A stretch of DNA of 64,000 nucleotides from an uncultured delta proteobacterium. Lineage in GTDB: Bacteria > Desulfobacterota > Binatia > UBA9968. The stretch is from the NCBI GenBank assembly GCA_963745835.1, contig CAVUZH010000013.1:1-64000 (forward strand), read 5' to 3'. Positions within the stretch are counted from its first letter, which is position 1. Each line of letters starts with the position of its first letter. The notes beneath the pieces were generated by a model. That model made no database searches. It saw only the letters and a list, made by a program, of their open reading frames with translations, and was not told where the DNA came from. Both the position numbers and the translations under genes were made by a program. Shown here piece by piece: positions 49,135 through 59,140 of this stretch.

Positions 49135-50193
49135 CTATTTCAGAATTTCTTTAAGCCGCGCGACCAGAGGGGGATCAAGACGAAGAAGCTCTTTGACGTT
49201 GCGCTCGAGATCTTCGCCCGATCCCGGATTGATTTCCAAATTGGCTTTGGCTGCCTCCTTGAGCAATTCCGGATCTTTGACAGTCTCCATAAAAGCGCTG
49301 CGCAGGATCTCCACTCGATCCTTAGGCGTCCCTGGCGGCAACACGTAAGGACGCACCGCGGCGCCATGAGCTTGGGCCACTGCCTGCATCAGTTTTCGCG
49401 CCTCGTCTGTCTTGGCGATGTTCATGGCCAAAGGCACCTTAGGAAGATCCGGATGAGGCTTGGCACTAACCTGAAGCACAATTATCACCTCGGAGTTATC
49501 GAGCTCTTTCCTCCACGTCGAGCGAAACGACTGCCACGAATTGCTCAGGCCGCCGACCTCGTCGCTGTTGAATGCCAAGCGAATCGGCGCGGTCCCTTTA
49601 TAACCCGAAACCACCTGGATCGGCAGGCCGAGAGCGACTTCGGCAACCTTGGGAATATCATAGGTGCCGTCACCCGCCGCTATCGCGCCGAACTTGACCG
49701 CTGTCTTCGATGCCAACCATTGCTCGATGTCGGTGATGCCCGTGGTCTTGGCTACTCCAAAGACAAAATTGTCCTGAGCAGGCACCCCGACGTATTCGAA
49801 TTTGAGCGCATCGAATTCAATGCCGGGCTTGCCGAGGAGCTGTTGAAGAAATTGTCCGCCAACGAAATGGCCGATGGTGAGACCGTCGGGTTTGGCCACC
49901 TTGAAGAGATGATTCGCCGAAACCAATCCGCCCGCTCCCGGCATGTTGTCAACGATGATGGCAGGTTTGCCGGGAATATGATTGCTGAAATGGCGGGCGA
50001 TAAGGCGTGTGTAGGTATCGTACCCGCCACCTGGCGAGGTTCCAACGATAATCCGAATTGTTTTCCCTTCATAGAACGGCGCCGCGCCATGAGCGCGCTG
50101 GTCATTGACACCCACCGCAATCAACAGAACAGCGCAAGCGGTCGTTAAACCCCGCAACCTCACCGGCAAACGTCTCAAAATTCTGACTGGCAT
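49135..50193 (-). CDS. Bug/TctC tripartite tricarboxylate transporter solute-binding protein
   Basis: IIVGTSPGGGYD...NMPGAGG...AKPDGLT. Confidence 0.92.
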   Translation of the reverse strand: MPVRILRRLPVRLRGLTTACAVLLIAVGVNDQRAHGAAPFYEGKTIRIIVGTSPGGGYDTYTRLIARHFSNHIPGKPAIIVDNMPGAGGLVSANHLFKVAKPDGLTIGHFVGGQFLQQLLGKPGIEFDALKFEYVGVPAQDNFVFGVAKTTGITDIEQWLASKTAVKFGAIAAGDGTYDIPKVAEVALGLPIQVVSGYKGTAPIRLAFNSDEVGGLSNSWQSFRSTWRKELDNSEVIIVLQVSAKPHPDLPKVPLAMNIAKTDEARKLMQAVAQAHGAAVRPYVLPPGTPKDRVEILRSAFMETVKDPELLKEAAKANLEINPGSGEDLERNVKELLRLDPPLVARLKEILK

Positions 50194-50494
50194 TTTTTCA
50201 TTGCTCCTTTCGCAATGTTTTCCTCGACGAGTATAACGAGCTGCTGCGACATCGCCGTGATGACAAACAACCGGATTGCCGAGCTACCGACAACGACCCA
50301 ACTCTCGGTAGCACTTGTCGTACATTCCGCCGTCTACGACGAGCCGCTCGTGCTGTCAAGGGATACCTTCACGTCTCAGAAGCAATCTCTGTTAGGCGTG
50401 AACTAAAGGAGCTACCCTGAATGGTGATCTCTTGCTAGGGCGATAGCTGATTTGGTAACAATCTCGAAACGATTCTCGCGGGGAGTGACGAAGC

Positions 50495-51232
50495 ATGAAA
50501 CTCGCTGAACTTCACTGGCCGGAAGTTAAAAAGCTCGACAGAGAAAAAATAGTCGCCGTGATTCCGGTGGGGTCCATGGAGCAACATGGCCCGCACCTGC
50601 CCTTTCAGGTCGATGTTTTTTGCGCGTCGCGCCTGGCCGAGGATCTCGAGCAGAAAATCCCGGACGTCCTGCTGGTGCCGTCTCTTTGGGCCGGCGTTTC
50701 GGCGCACCATATGGATTTTCCGGGCTCCATCACTTTGCGCGCCAGAGTCTTCATCGACCTTTTACATGACATCTGCGGATCGCTACATCATCATGGCTTC
50801 CGCAGGATCGTGCTGTTAAACGGCCACGGCGGCAATCGCTCTAGCTTGGAAGTGCTGGGACAAGAACTCTTCGTCGAGTTCGGCTTGACCGTCAACACAT
50901 TGGCTTATTGGGATTTGGTGCCGGATCTCGTCAAGTCGCTCAAGAAAACCAAATCGAGCGGCATGGGTCATTCGGGCGAGCTCGAAACATCGCTGATGCT
51001 TTACCTCGCGCCCGAGTTGGTCAATCGGCAAGATATCCCGCAGGGAGTTCTCGGTATCGAACCGTCCGGCCCAACGAGCGGGATCAAACGTTACGTCAAT
51101 ATGAAGGAGCATTCGGCGCACGGTGTGATCGGCATGCCCTCGGCGGCCAGTCCGGAGACCGGCAAAGCGCTCTACGATGGCGCGCTCAACGCGCTAGAAA
51201 AAGCGGTTCGCGCCCTCCAGGCAGACCATTGA
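50495..51232 (+). CDS. Creatininase family protein, copy 2
   Basis: Nearly identical protein to 16319-17056. Confidence 0.93.
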   Translation: MKLAELHWPEVKKLDREKIVAVIPVGSMEQHGPHLPFQVDVFCASRLAEDLEQKIPDVLLVPSLWAGVSAHHMDFPGSITLRARVFIDLLHDICGSLHHHGFRRIVLLNGHGGNRSSLEVLGQELFVEFGLTVNTLAYWDLVPDLVKSLKKTKSSGMGHSGELETSLMLYLAPELVNRQDIPQGVLGIEPSGPTSGIKRYVNMKEHSAHGVIGMPSAASPETGKALYDGALNALEKAVRALQADH

Positions 51233-51249
51233 TTTGAGCGCATCGCCGT

Positions 51250-51449
51250 TTCATTTCTTGAAAACTTTGCGTATTTTTCACCGAGCTGCTTGTAATCGCT
51301 TTCGCTGCGCTGGATCTCTTCGACAAATTTGATTTTATCGGCGTCTTTCAACGGTGGATGGACTCCCCGTAAATTGACGAACTCGCAATCCTTGGCGAGC
51401 GCTTCCATGCTCTCTCGGCTGTACCGATGGTCGATTCGTAATTCGGCCG
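51250..51449 (-). pseudogene. 3' remnant of the solute-binding protein gene seen intact at 17075-18109
   Basis: MEALAKDCEFVNLRGVHPPLKDADKIKFVEEIQRSESDYKQL is identical in both. Confidence 0.88.
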
Positions 51450-51493
51450 ACGCGATCTTTGGCCGAAATAGCGCCCTGTTTTTTGCCGGTGTG

Positions 51494-52567
51494 CTATTTG
51501 ACCCTTAAAATCTTCTTTACCTGATTCACCACCTCGGCTGGCTGCACCATGATGCGCTCGGCTAAGCTCTGTAGCTCTTCGCCTGAAACCGGCTCAATCA
51601 CCCAGCCGCCTTTCTGTGCCTCGGCAACGAGCTCGGGATCGCCGAGCGCTTTCGCATAGGCGTCGCGGAGTATTTTCACTCGATCCATAGCCGTACCTGG
51701 GGGAGCCATCATCGGGTGACCGAAGCCCTCTCCCGCCGCCAAAACCTCCATAGCTCGGCGGTTGACCTCCGGAGTTTTGTACCGATCCATCAGCTCGAAT
51801 ATAGTCGGCGTCTCTGCGGCGCGCGGATCGCGCTTGCGCCCGGTCTGCAGCAGGTGGCGGTCGAATCCTTTTGCGTGCCACGAAAGAAACGGCTCTCTGC
51901 TAAAGTGTGCTGTCAGTCCAAGATCCCGGCAGACGACCTCACCCCTGACAACAGCCAAATCAACCTCGTTGGCGCCCTGATAACCCAAGACCAATTCGAA
52001 CTTGGCGCCCAACGCTTCTTCCAAAGCGACAATCAGGCTCGAGCTTTCCCAGCCGGTGCCGCCGCACTTGGGCGGAACTTTGCTTTTGATGACATCGTCA
52101 ATGGTCTTATATGGAGTGTCCGCCCTGATATAGAGAATCGCGGGGTTTCGGTCGGGAGAGCCGATCCAGAGAAATCTCCGCATCTGAAATTTGACTTCGT
52201 CGTTGCCGACGAATTCGCCCATGTAGATTTGCTGCGTCGGCATGCCGACCGTGAGACCGTCGGGCTGGGCAAGATTATAAACGTAGTTGGTTGCGATTAC
52301 CGATCCCGCGCCCGGCATCGCCTGGACCACGAAACTCGGATTGCCCAGGATGTATTTCGGCATATAGCGCGCGAGAAGCCGCGCCCAATAGTCATAACCT
52401 CCCGAAGGACCTACGATCACTCTGACCGTTTTACCTTCATAGAAAGGTTTGCTTTGGGCATGGACGGCAACGGGATTTATAAAGTCCAAGTTCGCTATGG
52501 GTCCCAACCAGGTTGCGGTGGAGAGCCAAAGAAACAAAGACAGCAAGACGAATGACTTCGATTTCAC
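51494..52567 (-). CDS. Bug/TctC solute-binding protein
   Basis: FYEGKTVRVIVGPSGGYD...MPGAGS...AQPDGLT. Confidence 0.9.
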   Translation of the reverse strand: MKSKSFVLLSLFLWLSTATWLGPIANLDFINPVAVHAQSKPFYEGKTVRVIVGPSGGYDYWARLLARYMPKYILGNPSFVVQAMPGAGSVIATNYVYNLAQPDGLTVGMPTQQIYMGEFVGNDEVKFQMRRFLWIGSPDRNPAILYIRADTPYKTIDDVIKSKVPPKCGGTGWESSSLIVALEEALGAKFELVLGYQGANEVDLAVVRGEVVCRDLGLTAHFSREPFLSWHAKGFDRHLLQTGRKRDPRAAETPTIFELMDRYKTPEVNRRAMEVLAAGEGFGHPMMAPPGTAMDRVKILRDAYAKALGDPELVAEAQKGGWVIEPVSGEELQSLAERIMVQPAEVVNQVKKILRVK

Positions 52568-52590
52568 CAGGCACCTTCTCTCGTTAAAAG

Positions 52591-53277
52591 TTACGGCCGA
52601 CGCGGGTCTTTACCGCTGGCTTCGGGTCCATCGTACACGGTGTCGACCTCGATCATCTCGTAGGATGCGACGAAGCGGTGCTTGTTGTCGCCGGAGTACG
52701 CCTGGCCGCAGTAGTGCGCCGGTCGGAGCTTGTTTAAGATCGCCCAGCCATCGTGATCGATGCAGTCCTCATCGACTGAAGCAGCAACAACCCTCCCGAC
52801 CACCATCAGCCGGGTGCCAAACCACTCCTTGGTCCATTCGACGCGGCATTCAAAATGGCTTTTGTACTCGGCAATGCGCGGCGGCTTTACCACCTTTGAC
52901 GGCAAGGCCGTGAGACCGGCTTTTTCGAGCTCGTTTACTCCGGGGGCAAAAGGCAACCCGAGTGTTCTGACTTTTTCCAGGATCTCGCGATCGAAAGACG
53001 GAATATTGACCACGAACTCGTCCGTTGCGAGAACGTTTCGATAGGTGTCCTTATGCGAGTCGACGCAGAACGCGATGCAGGTGGGCTCGTGATGCACTCT
53101 CACGCAAGTTGCAAAAGATGCCGCGTTGACTCGACCGGCTGGATCGACAGTCGTTATCGATACCACGCAAGCGACCGGGATAAACAGTCTGTCATAGTGC
53201 TCTGCCGGCACATCGACTTTGTTAATGCCAGATTTCAAAGTCGCCTCCAATTCGTTTGATTGCGCGATCCTATACAA
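52591..53277 (-). CDS. Flavin reductase family protein
   Basis: ITTVDPAGRVNAASF; KDTYRNVLATDEFVVN; VKPPRIAE..HFECR. Confidence 0.9.
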   Translation of the reverse strand: MYRIAQSNELEATLKSGINKVDVPAEHYDRLFIPVACVVSITTVDPAGRVNAASFATCVRVHHEPTCIAFCVDSHKDTYRNVLATDEFVVNIPSFDREILEKVRTLGLPFAPGVNELEKAGLTALPSKVVKPPRIAEYKSHFECRVEWTKEWFGTRLMVVGRVVAASVDEDCIDHDGWAILNKLRPAHYCGQAYSGDNKHRFVASYEMIEVDTVYDGPEASGKDPRRP

Positions 53278-53505
53278 ATTCCATTCGAATTACACGCTTT
53301 CAACTTCTTGGAGCACAGGCGTTCAACAGTTCAAGTCGACGGTCGACGAGAATTTCCCGAAATGACGAGATAGGCGCAGTGAAGTCACGATCGACTTTGG
53401 ATAGAACTGATTTGACCGGCAGCGGGCAACCTGCTAGGCAGTTCCGGAGAAAAGATCCGTCAGCAAAGCCGCCAAAGAAGCCATACGACACTCTGGAGTC
53501 AGCTC

Positions 53506-54476
53506 ATGAGCTCGGCATTTGAATTTGGACTACTACTACACACCCGCGGCATGCTCGGAGACAAGGATAGCCCGCCGAGCTTCGACGAGCTCTGGGAGGA
53601 CGCCGCTTACGCCGAGCAGATGAACTTCGACCAGATCTGGTTGGGCGACAGCGTCTGCATTCTCAACCGCGCGCGCGGTGACTGTCTGACGACAATGGCG
53701 GCGCTGGCCTGCAAAACCAATCGCATAAAGATCGGCACCGTTCCATTGATCGCCGCTTTGCGCAATCCCGTGTTGTTGGCGCATTCTCTTGCCACGCTTG
53801 ATGTCATATCCAAGGGCAGGATTTCGGTCGCGGTGAGCGTGGCGGGGACGGCGGAGTACAACGAGCGTGAGTTCATCGCCTGTGGCGTGCCGTTTCATCA
53901 AAAAGCCGGGCGCCTGAGCGAATCCATCGTACTCATGCGCCGTCTCTGGTCGGAAAAATCGTTCGCGTTCGACGGCAGATATTATCAGTTCAAGGAAATT
54001 GGCGTGCTCCCCAAACCGATCCAGAAGCCTGGAATTCCGATCTGGATTGCAGCGGCGAAAAATGACAATGCGCTCAGGAGAGTGGCAAAATTCGCTGACG
54101 GCTGGGTAACCATCGCTCACAACCTGGAGGATTTCACGAGCCGTCGTCGAAAGATCGATCTCTATGCCGCCGAGCTCGGTCGCAGACAGGACGTGCGCGG
54201 CTCGTTACTTTTCGCTTCGCTCAATTTGGGCAGAGACGGGCAAGCCGCAAAAGAGGAAGGTTGGAGTTGGATGGAGCGCTTCTTCGGCGGCCGCGCCGGG
54301 AAATTACCAGTCAAGCGACGATCTTCGGCACCGTGAAAGAGTGCGCTGGAAATTCTGCGACCAATATATCGATGCCGGTCTTACCGGCCTGATCATACGC
54401 ATCGCCTCCGCGGATGAGAAAACCCAGATGCAGCGGATTGATCGAAGAGTTGAAGCCGGCTCTATCGGCTCGATGA
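53506..54476 (+). CDS. LLM-class flavin-dependent oxidoreductase (indels in the C-terminal part)
   Basis: FDQIWLGDS; RNPVLLAHSLATLDVISKGR; PKPIQKPGIPIWI; RRVAKFADGW. Confidence 0.9.
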
Positions 54477-54579
54477 GTAATTTCTTAGTTACCGTCAAGC
54501 GGCTGCATACGTTGGAACGACCTGAGAGAGCGCGTTAATCCAACTCTAAAGCAGTGAATCCGGTTAATTCTCAATCATC

Positions 54580-55647
54580 ATGATCGAGGTACGCAATCTA
54601 CAGAGAATCTTCCATGTCGGGCAGCGGCAAGTAGAGGCACTACGCCGGGTCAATCAGGAAGTCCGCGAAGGAGAATTCCTTGTGCTTCTCGGACCCAGCG
54701 GTTCGGGAAAGACAACATTGCTTCGCTGTATCGCCGGCCTGGAAACTCCCGACGACGGCGAGATTCTCATCTCAGGGCAACCGGTGTTCTCCAAGAAAGA
54801 CCGCATCTATGTGCCGCCCGAAGACCGTCAAATCGGCATGGTGTTTCAATCCTATGCGATCTGGCCCCACATGACCGTATTTGATAACGTCGCCCTGCCC
54901 CTGACCTATGGGCGCAAACGAATCAAAAAACATTTGGTCCGCGATCGAGTTCTCGATGCACTGCATTTGGTTCAGCTCGATGAGCTTGCCGAGCGCCCCT
55001 CGCCACTACTGAGTGGCGGGCAGCAACAACGGGTCGCTCTGGCACGGGCCCTGGCTGTCAACCCCAAGCTCGTCCTCATGGATGAGCCGCTGAGCAACTT
55101 AGACGCGCGGCTGCGGGAAGAAATGCGCGATCAGATCAGAGATCTCGCCAAGCGGCTGAAGATGACCGTGATCTATGTTACTCATGACCAAGTCGAAGCC
55201 ATGGTCGTAGCCGATCGGATTGCGGTGATGAGTCTGGGATCGATCATTTCGATTGGCTCGCCGGAGGCGCTCTACGACGGCCCCGCCAATAGAACGGTCG
55301 CCGAGTTCTTCGGCTCGATCAATTGGCTGGAAGCAGAGGTTGTTACACGGGGTGTTTTGCAAACAAAAATGGGCAAGCTTTTGTGGGATGACGATGGCAT
55401 AACAGGAACGATCGGCATGGTCGGACTTCGCCCCGAGGACATCGAATTGGGCGGCCGTGCCGCCGCCGGACAGGACAATGCGTTTTCAGGCAGCATCGTG
55501 TCGCGGACTTTTCTGGGCGACCTCAACGTTTACGATGTCCAAATCGGCGGCGTGAACCTAAAAATTAAAACCATGCAAAAGGGCGAGCTGGAAAATCCGA
55601 TCAATGTCAGAATTCCAAAGGAGCGGGTTAAGTTTTTCGCGACATGA
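54580..55647 (+). CDS. ABC transporter ATP-binding protein
   Basis: GPSGSGKT; LSGGQQQR; MDEPLSNLD. Confidence 0.95.
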   Translation: MIEVRNLQRIFHVGQRQVEALRRVNQEVREGEFLVLLGPSGSGKTTLLRCIAGLETPDDGEILISGQPVFSKKDRIYVPPEDRQIGMVFQSYAIWPHMTVFDNVALPLTYGRKRIKKHLVRDRVLDALHLVQLDELAERPSPLLSGGQQQRVALARALAVNPKLVLMDEPLSNLDARLREEMRDQIRDLAKRLKMTVIYVTHDQVEAMVVADRIAVMSLGSIISIGSPEALYDGPANRTVAEFFGSINWLEAEVVTRGVLQTKMGKLLWDDDGITGTIGMVGLRPEDIELGGRAAAGQDNAFSGSIVSRTFLGDLNVYDVQIGGVNLKIKTMQKGELENPINVRIPKERVKFFAT

Positions 55648-55697
55648 CGGCAAACGTGAATCGTTGGTTGTTGATATAGATACTACGAGGAGCAAAT

Positions 55698-56894
55698 ATG
55701 GCACAACAGAATTTAATTCCCCTACCGTCCCTGATGGAACGCGATCGGCGCTATAAAAATGTCCGCGAACGGATGGCGCGGGAAGGACTCGACGTCTTGT
55801 TGCTGCCGGCAAATCACAGCCGGTGGGAACAGATGATGGCGGATTCGCGGTATCTAAGCGGCATCGGCGGATTTGCGACGGAGGTTTTTACTGTTTTTCC
55901 CGCCGAAGGCGATCCAACCGCCTACGTTTTCAACCGGGCCGGCTGGTGGAAACAAGCGCAGAACTGGACCGCCGACGTTCGCGATGGGCGAAATCGCTGG
56001 GCGCAAAACGCCATCGAGAAACTCAACGAGCTCGGGTTCAAAAAAGGCAGGATAGGAATCTCCGGACTGGCGGGCTTGGTCCGCGCTCCCGAGGGGATTA
56101 TTTCCTATTCCACCGTGGAGGCGATTCGCCAGGCATTTCCGGACAGCGAAATCGTCAATGCCACGGTGCTCATGCAGGAGGCCCGCGCTCTCAAGAGCGA
56201 CGAAGAGATCGCCTTTTTACAACGTTCGATGGATATCATCGAGGAGATGATTCGCACCATGAAGGAAAGCGCGCGGCCGGGCGTGACGGAAAAGGACCTT
56301 TACGCGGAGATGATCCATACCATGTTGCGCCATGACGGCGAGCTGCCGACTTTGTTTTTTCTCGGCACCGGGCCGCAAGCCACACAGAGTACTTTTGTCC
56401 CGACCACCCGGGTCATTCAAGACGGCGATCGTGTGGTCAATGAAATCGAAGCCAAAGTCGGCGGCTACGCCGCGCAGGCGGTCTGTCCGATGGTCGTGGG
56501 CCGAGCTAAAGACAACTACGAAGAGATGGTCGACCTTTCCGCCACCTGCTTTCATGCGATTTTGCAGCAGATGCGCCCGGGCGTGACCTTCGGCACGCTG
56601 TTCGATACCTATCAAAAAACCGTACAGGAAAACGGCAAGGACATGTACCGCTGGAGTCATCCGATGATGCATTCGCGAGGACTCGGCGACGACGCCCCGG
56701 CGCTCATGGGGGATAAGGATTTGGAACGTCTGGCGCAACGCCAACTGGAAAAAGGCATGGCGTTCATCTTAAAGCCTCGGGTCCGGCATGCCTCCGGTAA
56801 AGGAAGCGCCAGCATCGGTGACACGGTGGTGGTCGAACAGAACGGCGCGCGACGACTGGGACGGAGAGAAATGAAGCTGATGGTAGCCGAGTAA
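55698..56894 (+). CDS. M24 (Xaa-Pro peptidase/creatinase fold) protein
   Basis: Creatinase-like N-domain; RALKSDEEI; ARPGVTE; HSRGLG; IGDTVVV. Confidence 0.85.
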   Translation: MAQQNLIPLPSLMERDRRYKNVRERMAREGLDVLLLPANHSRWEQMMADSRYLSGIGGFATEVFTVFPAEGDPTAYVFNRAGWWKQAQNWTADVRDGRNRWAQNAIEKLNELGFKKGRIGISGLAGLVRAPEGIISYSTVEAIRQAFPDSEIVNATVLMQEARALKSDEEIAFLQRSMDIIEEMIRTMKESARPGVTEKDLYAEMIHTMLRHDGELPTLFFLGTGPQATQSTFVPTTRVIQDGDRVVNEIEAKVGGYAAQAVCPMVVGRAKDNYEEMVDLSATCFHAILQQMRPGVTFGTLFDTYQKTVQENGKDMYRWSHPMMHSRGLGDDAPALMGDKDLERLAQRQLEKGMAFILKPRVRHASGKGSASIGDTVVVEQNGARRLGRREMKLMVAE

Positions 56895-56904
56895 CAGCTC
56901 GACC

Positions 56905-57846
56905 ATGGCACTTTTACTCGCACGATCTGAAATCACCAAGCTGCTCGACCTGCGCTCGGCGATGCGGATTCTCGAGCGCGTCTATCACGACCAAGCCCAG
57001 GGTGGCATCGACGCCGTCCCGCCGCTTCGGCTCATGAATCGAGGGATCAGGCTGGTGGCCGGGCGATTGAATTTGCAGAACCGGGTCGGTGTTCGACTGA
57101 GCGTGACCGGCAGCAGAGCACTGGCGCTGATTTTTGAGATCGAGTCCGGCAAACTCTTGGCGATCATGGGCTACCCGTTCAGCAATCTGCGCATCGGCGC
57201 GACGGTCGGCTTGGCAATGGAGCGGCTGGTCAAACCCGGAATCAAAAAAGTCGGCCTGATCGGCAGCGGCGCCATCGCTCCCTGGCTGCTTCGTACCGCC
57301 GTGAGTCTTCGACCCATCGAAGAGATCAGAGTTTTTAGCAGGAGCGCCGAAAGGCGCCAGAAGTTTACCGCCGACATGACCCGAGAGTTGAATGTCACGG
57401 TAATGCCGGTAAACCGCCCCGAGGATGCCATTGAGAACGCCGAAATTATCTTCGTCAGCACCAACTCCCCTGGGCCCGCATTGCTCGGCAAATGGTTGAA
57501 ACCGGGAGTGCCTGTCATCGGTACTGGGCGGCCTAACGAATTCGATGACGACGTTTATCTGAGAGCCAAATTAATTGTCGTCACTTCCAAGGAACATGAA
57601 CTGGGTTATTACGACAAGGAGCTCGATAAGCCTTTACTCAGGCTCGCAAGCGAAGGCCGAATCAATTGGAACGAAGTCACCGAGCTCGGACAGATCATTG
57701 CGGGTCAAATCCACGTCGAACTCAACGCCACTGATATCTACGTCTTGCGCGAGTCACAGGGCGGTTACAGCGATGTCGCCCTTGCCGCTTGGGTGTTTCA
57801 AGAAGCGGTGCGACAAAAACTTGGACAGAGTTTTGCCTTCGATTAA
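56905..57846 (+). CDS. Ornithine cyclodeaminase/mu-crystallin family protein
   Basis: LRIGAT; GLIGSGAIA; IRVFSRS; ELGQIIAG. Confidence 0.88.
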   Translation: MALLLARSEITKLLDLRSAMRILERVYHDQAQGGIDAVPPLRLMNRGIRLVAGRLNLQNRVGVRLSVTGSRALALIFEIESGKLLAIMGYPFSNLRIGATVGLAMERLVKPGIKKVGLIGSGAIAPWLLRTAVSLRPIEEIRVFSRSAERRQKFTADMTRELNVTVMPVNRPEDAIENAEIIFVSTNSPGPALLGKWLKPGVPVIGTGRPNEFDDDVYLRAKLIVVTSKEHELGYYDKELDKPLLRLASEGRINWNEVTELGQIIAGQIHVELNATDIYVLRESQGGYSDVALAAWVFQEAVRQKLGQSFAFD

Positions 57847-57912
57847 TGGTCGCGCGTGTCGTGAGCCGACTAAACGATGAACCATTATCTGCACTGTAAT
57901 GGATCGGATTAA

Positions 57913-59052
57913 ATGGAGGCGGTTATGAAGTTCTATGCCCGATCACGGAAAATTTTTCTCCTAATGCCGCCGGCTCTCGTGTTCCTTCAGCTCGCCTTAG
58001 TAGCGCACGCTAGCCAACCCGGAGAGGCGAGAACCCCGGCATTGCAGCAATTGATCGAGGCGGCAAAAGCCGAGGGCGGCCGGTTCATTGCGGATGCAGT
58101 CATCGACGATGCTCGCGGCCGTAAAGAAGCGGAAATTGCCATAGAGAAGCTATTTGGTTTCAAGGTCATTTGGGAAGCCGTCGATCTAATGAACCAGAAC
58201 CAGTTTGCCTCGCGGCTGTTGAAAGAAAATCAAGCCGGCAGGCAGCCGTCGACGGATGTTTTCAACGGAACACAATCTACTATTCCGCGGCTGATGCAAA
58301 GCAACGCCCTCGAATCCGTCGACAATTGGCAGGCGTTGCTGCCGAGAATCCCCAAGGAAGCGATTGTCAGCGGTGGCGGCGCGCTCGCGGAACGCACAAG
58401 AATCGGCGGCTTCGCATACAACACCAACCTGGTTCCGGCCAATAAAGTGCCAAGAAAAATGGACGATTTTTTGGATCCGTTTTGGAAGGGGAAACTGGCA
58501 TCGACCACCTATGCCGCGGTATGGGATCGCGCCGGGGTTAGGCAAGACGGCACGTATGACGCCGAAAAGGCCCAACGCATAGCCGATCTATTGACCAAAC
58601 TCGTCAAGGAGAAGCACATCGTCGGGATTCTTCGTTGCGGTGACGAGAGCCGAATTTCCAGCGGCGAGTTCGCCGGATTGGCGTTGTTGTGCAGTCAGGA
58701 CACCGTAGATCTGGCCCGGCGTAAAGGCGCGCCGATCCAAATGGCATTTCTCGAGGAAACCAGCAACCTGACGCATTCCTATCTAGGGCTTATGAAGAAG
58801 GCTAAGTATCCCAACACGGCCAAGCTGTTTATGGTTTTCATCCAGACCGCGGAAGGGCAAGCCTTGCTGCGCAAATGGGAGGCTACGGACACCAGCTTCT
58901 ATCCGGAAAATGACATGTACAAACTGGTTCAGAGCTTGAAGAAAAAAAACGTCGACCCGCCTTATATCGACATTCCTGCATACTTGAAAGCCAGGGACGA
59001 AGTCGAAAAATGGAAGGACGTCTATCAGCGGATTCTCATCGGGCAGAAATAA
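57913..59052 (+). CDS. ABC extracellular solute-binding protein
   Basis: LIEAAKAEGG; YNTNLVP...PRKMDDFLDPFWKGKL; AKYPNTAKLF. Confidence 0.9.
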   Translation: MEAVMKFYARSRKIFLLMPPALVFLQLALVAHASQPGEARTPALQQLIEAAKAEGGRFIADAVIDDARGRKEAEIAIEKLFGFKVIWEAVDLMNQNQFASRLLKENQAGRQPSTDVFNGTQSTIPRLMQSNALESVDNWQALLPRIPKEAIVSGGGALAERTRIGGFAYNTNLVPANKVPRKMDDFLDPFWKGKLASTTYAAVWDRAGVRQDGTYDAEKAQRIADLLTKLVKEKHIVGILRCGDESRISSGEFAGLALLCSQDTVDLARRKGAPIQMAFLEETSNLTHSYLGLMKKAKYPNTAKLFMVFIQTAEGQALLRKWEATDTSFYPENDMYKLVQSLKKKNVDPPYIDIPAYLKARDEVEKWKDVYQRILIGQK

Positions 59053-59140
59053 CGCTACGGATTCATGACGACTCATTTGAATGAATCGGAACACCAATCC
59101 TTTCAGGATGCCATCGTCGAGCCGTGATAGAGAATAACAA

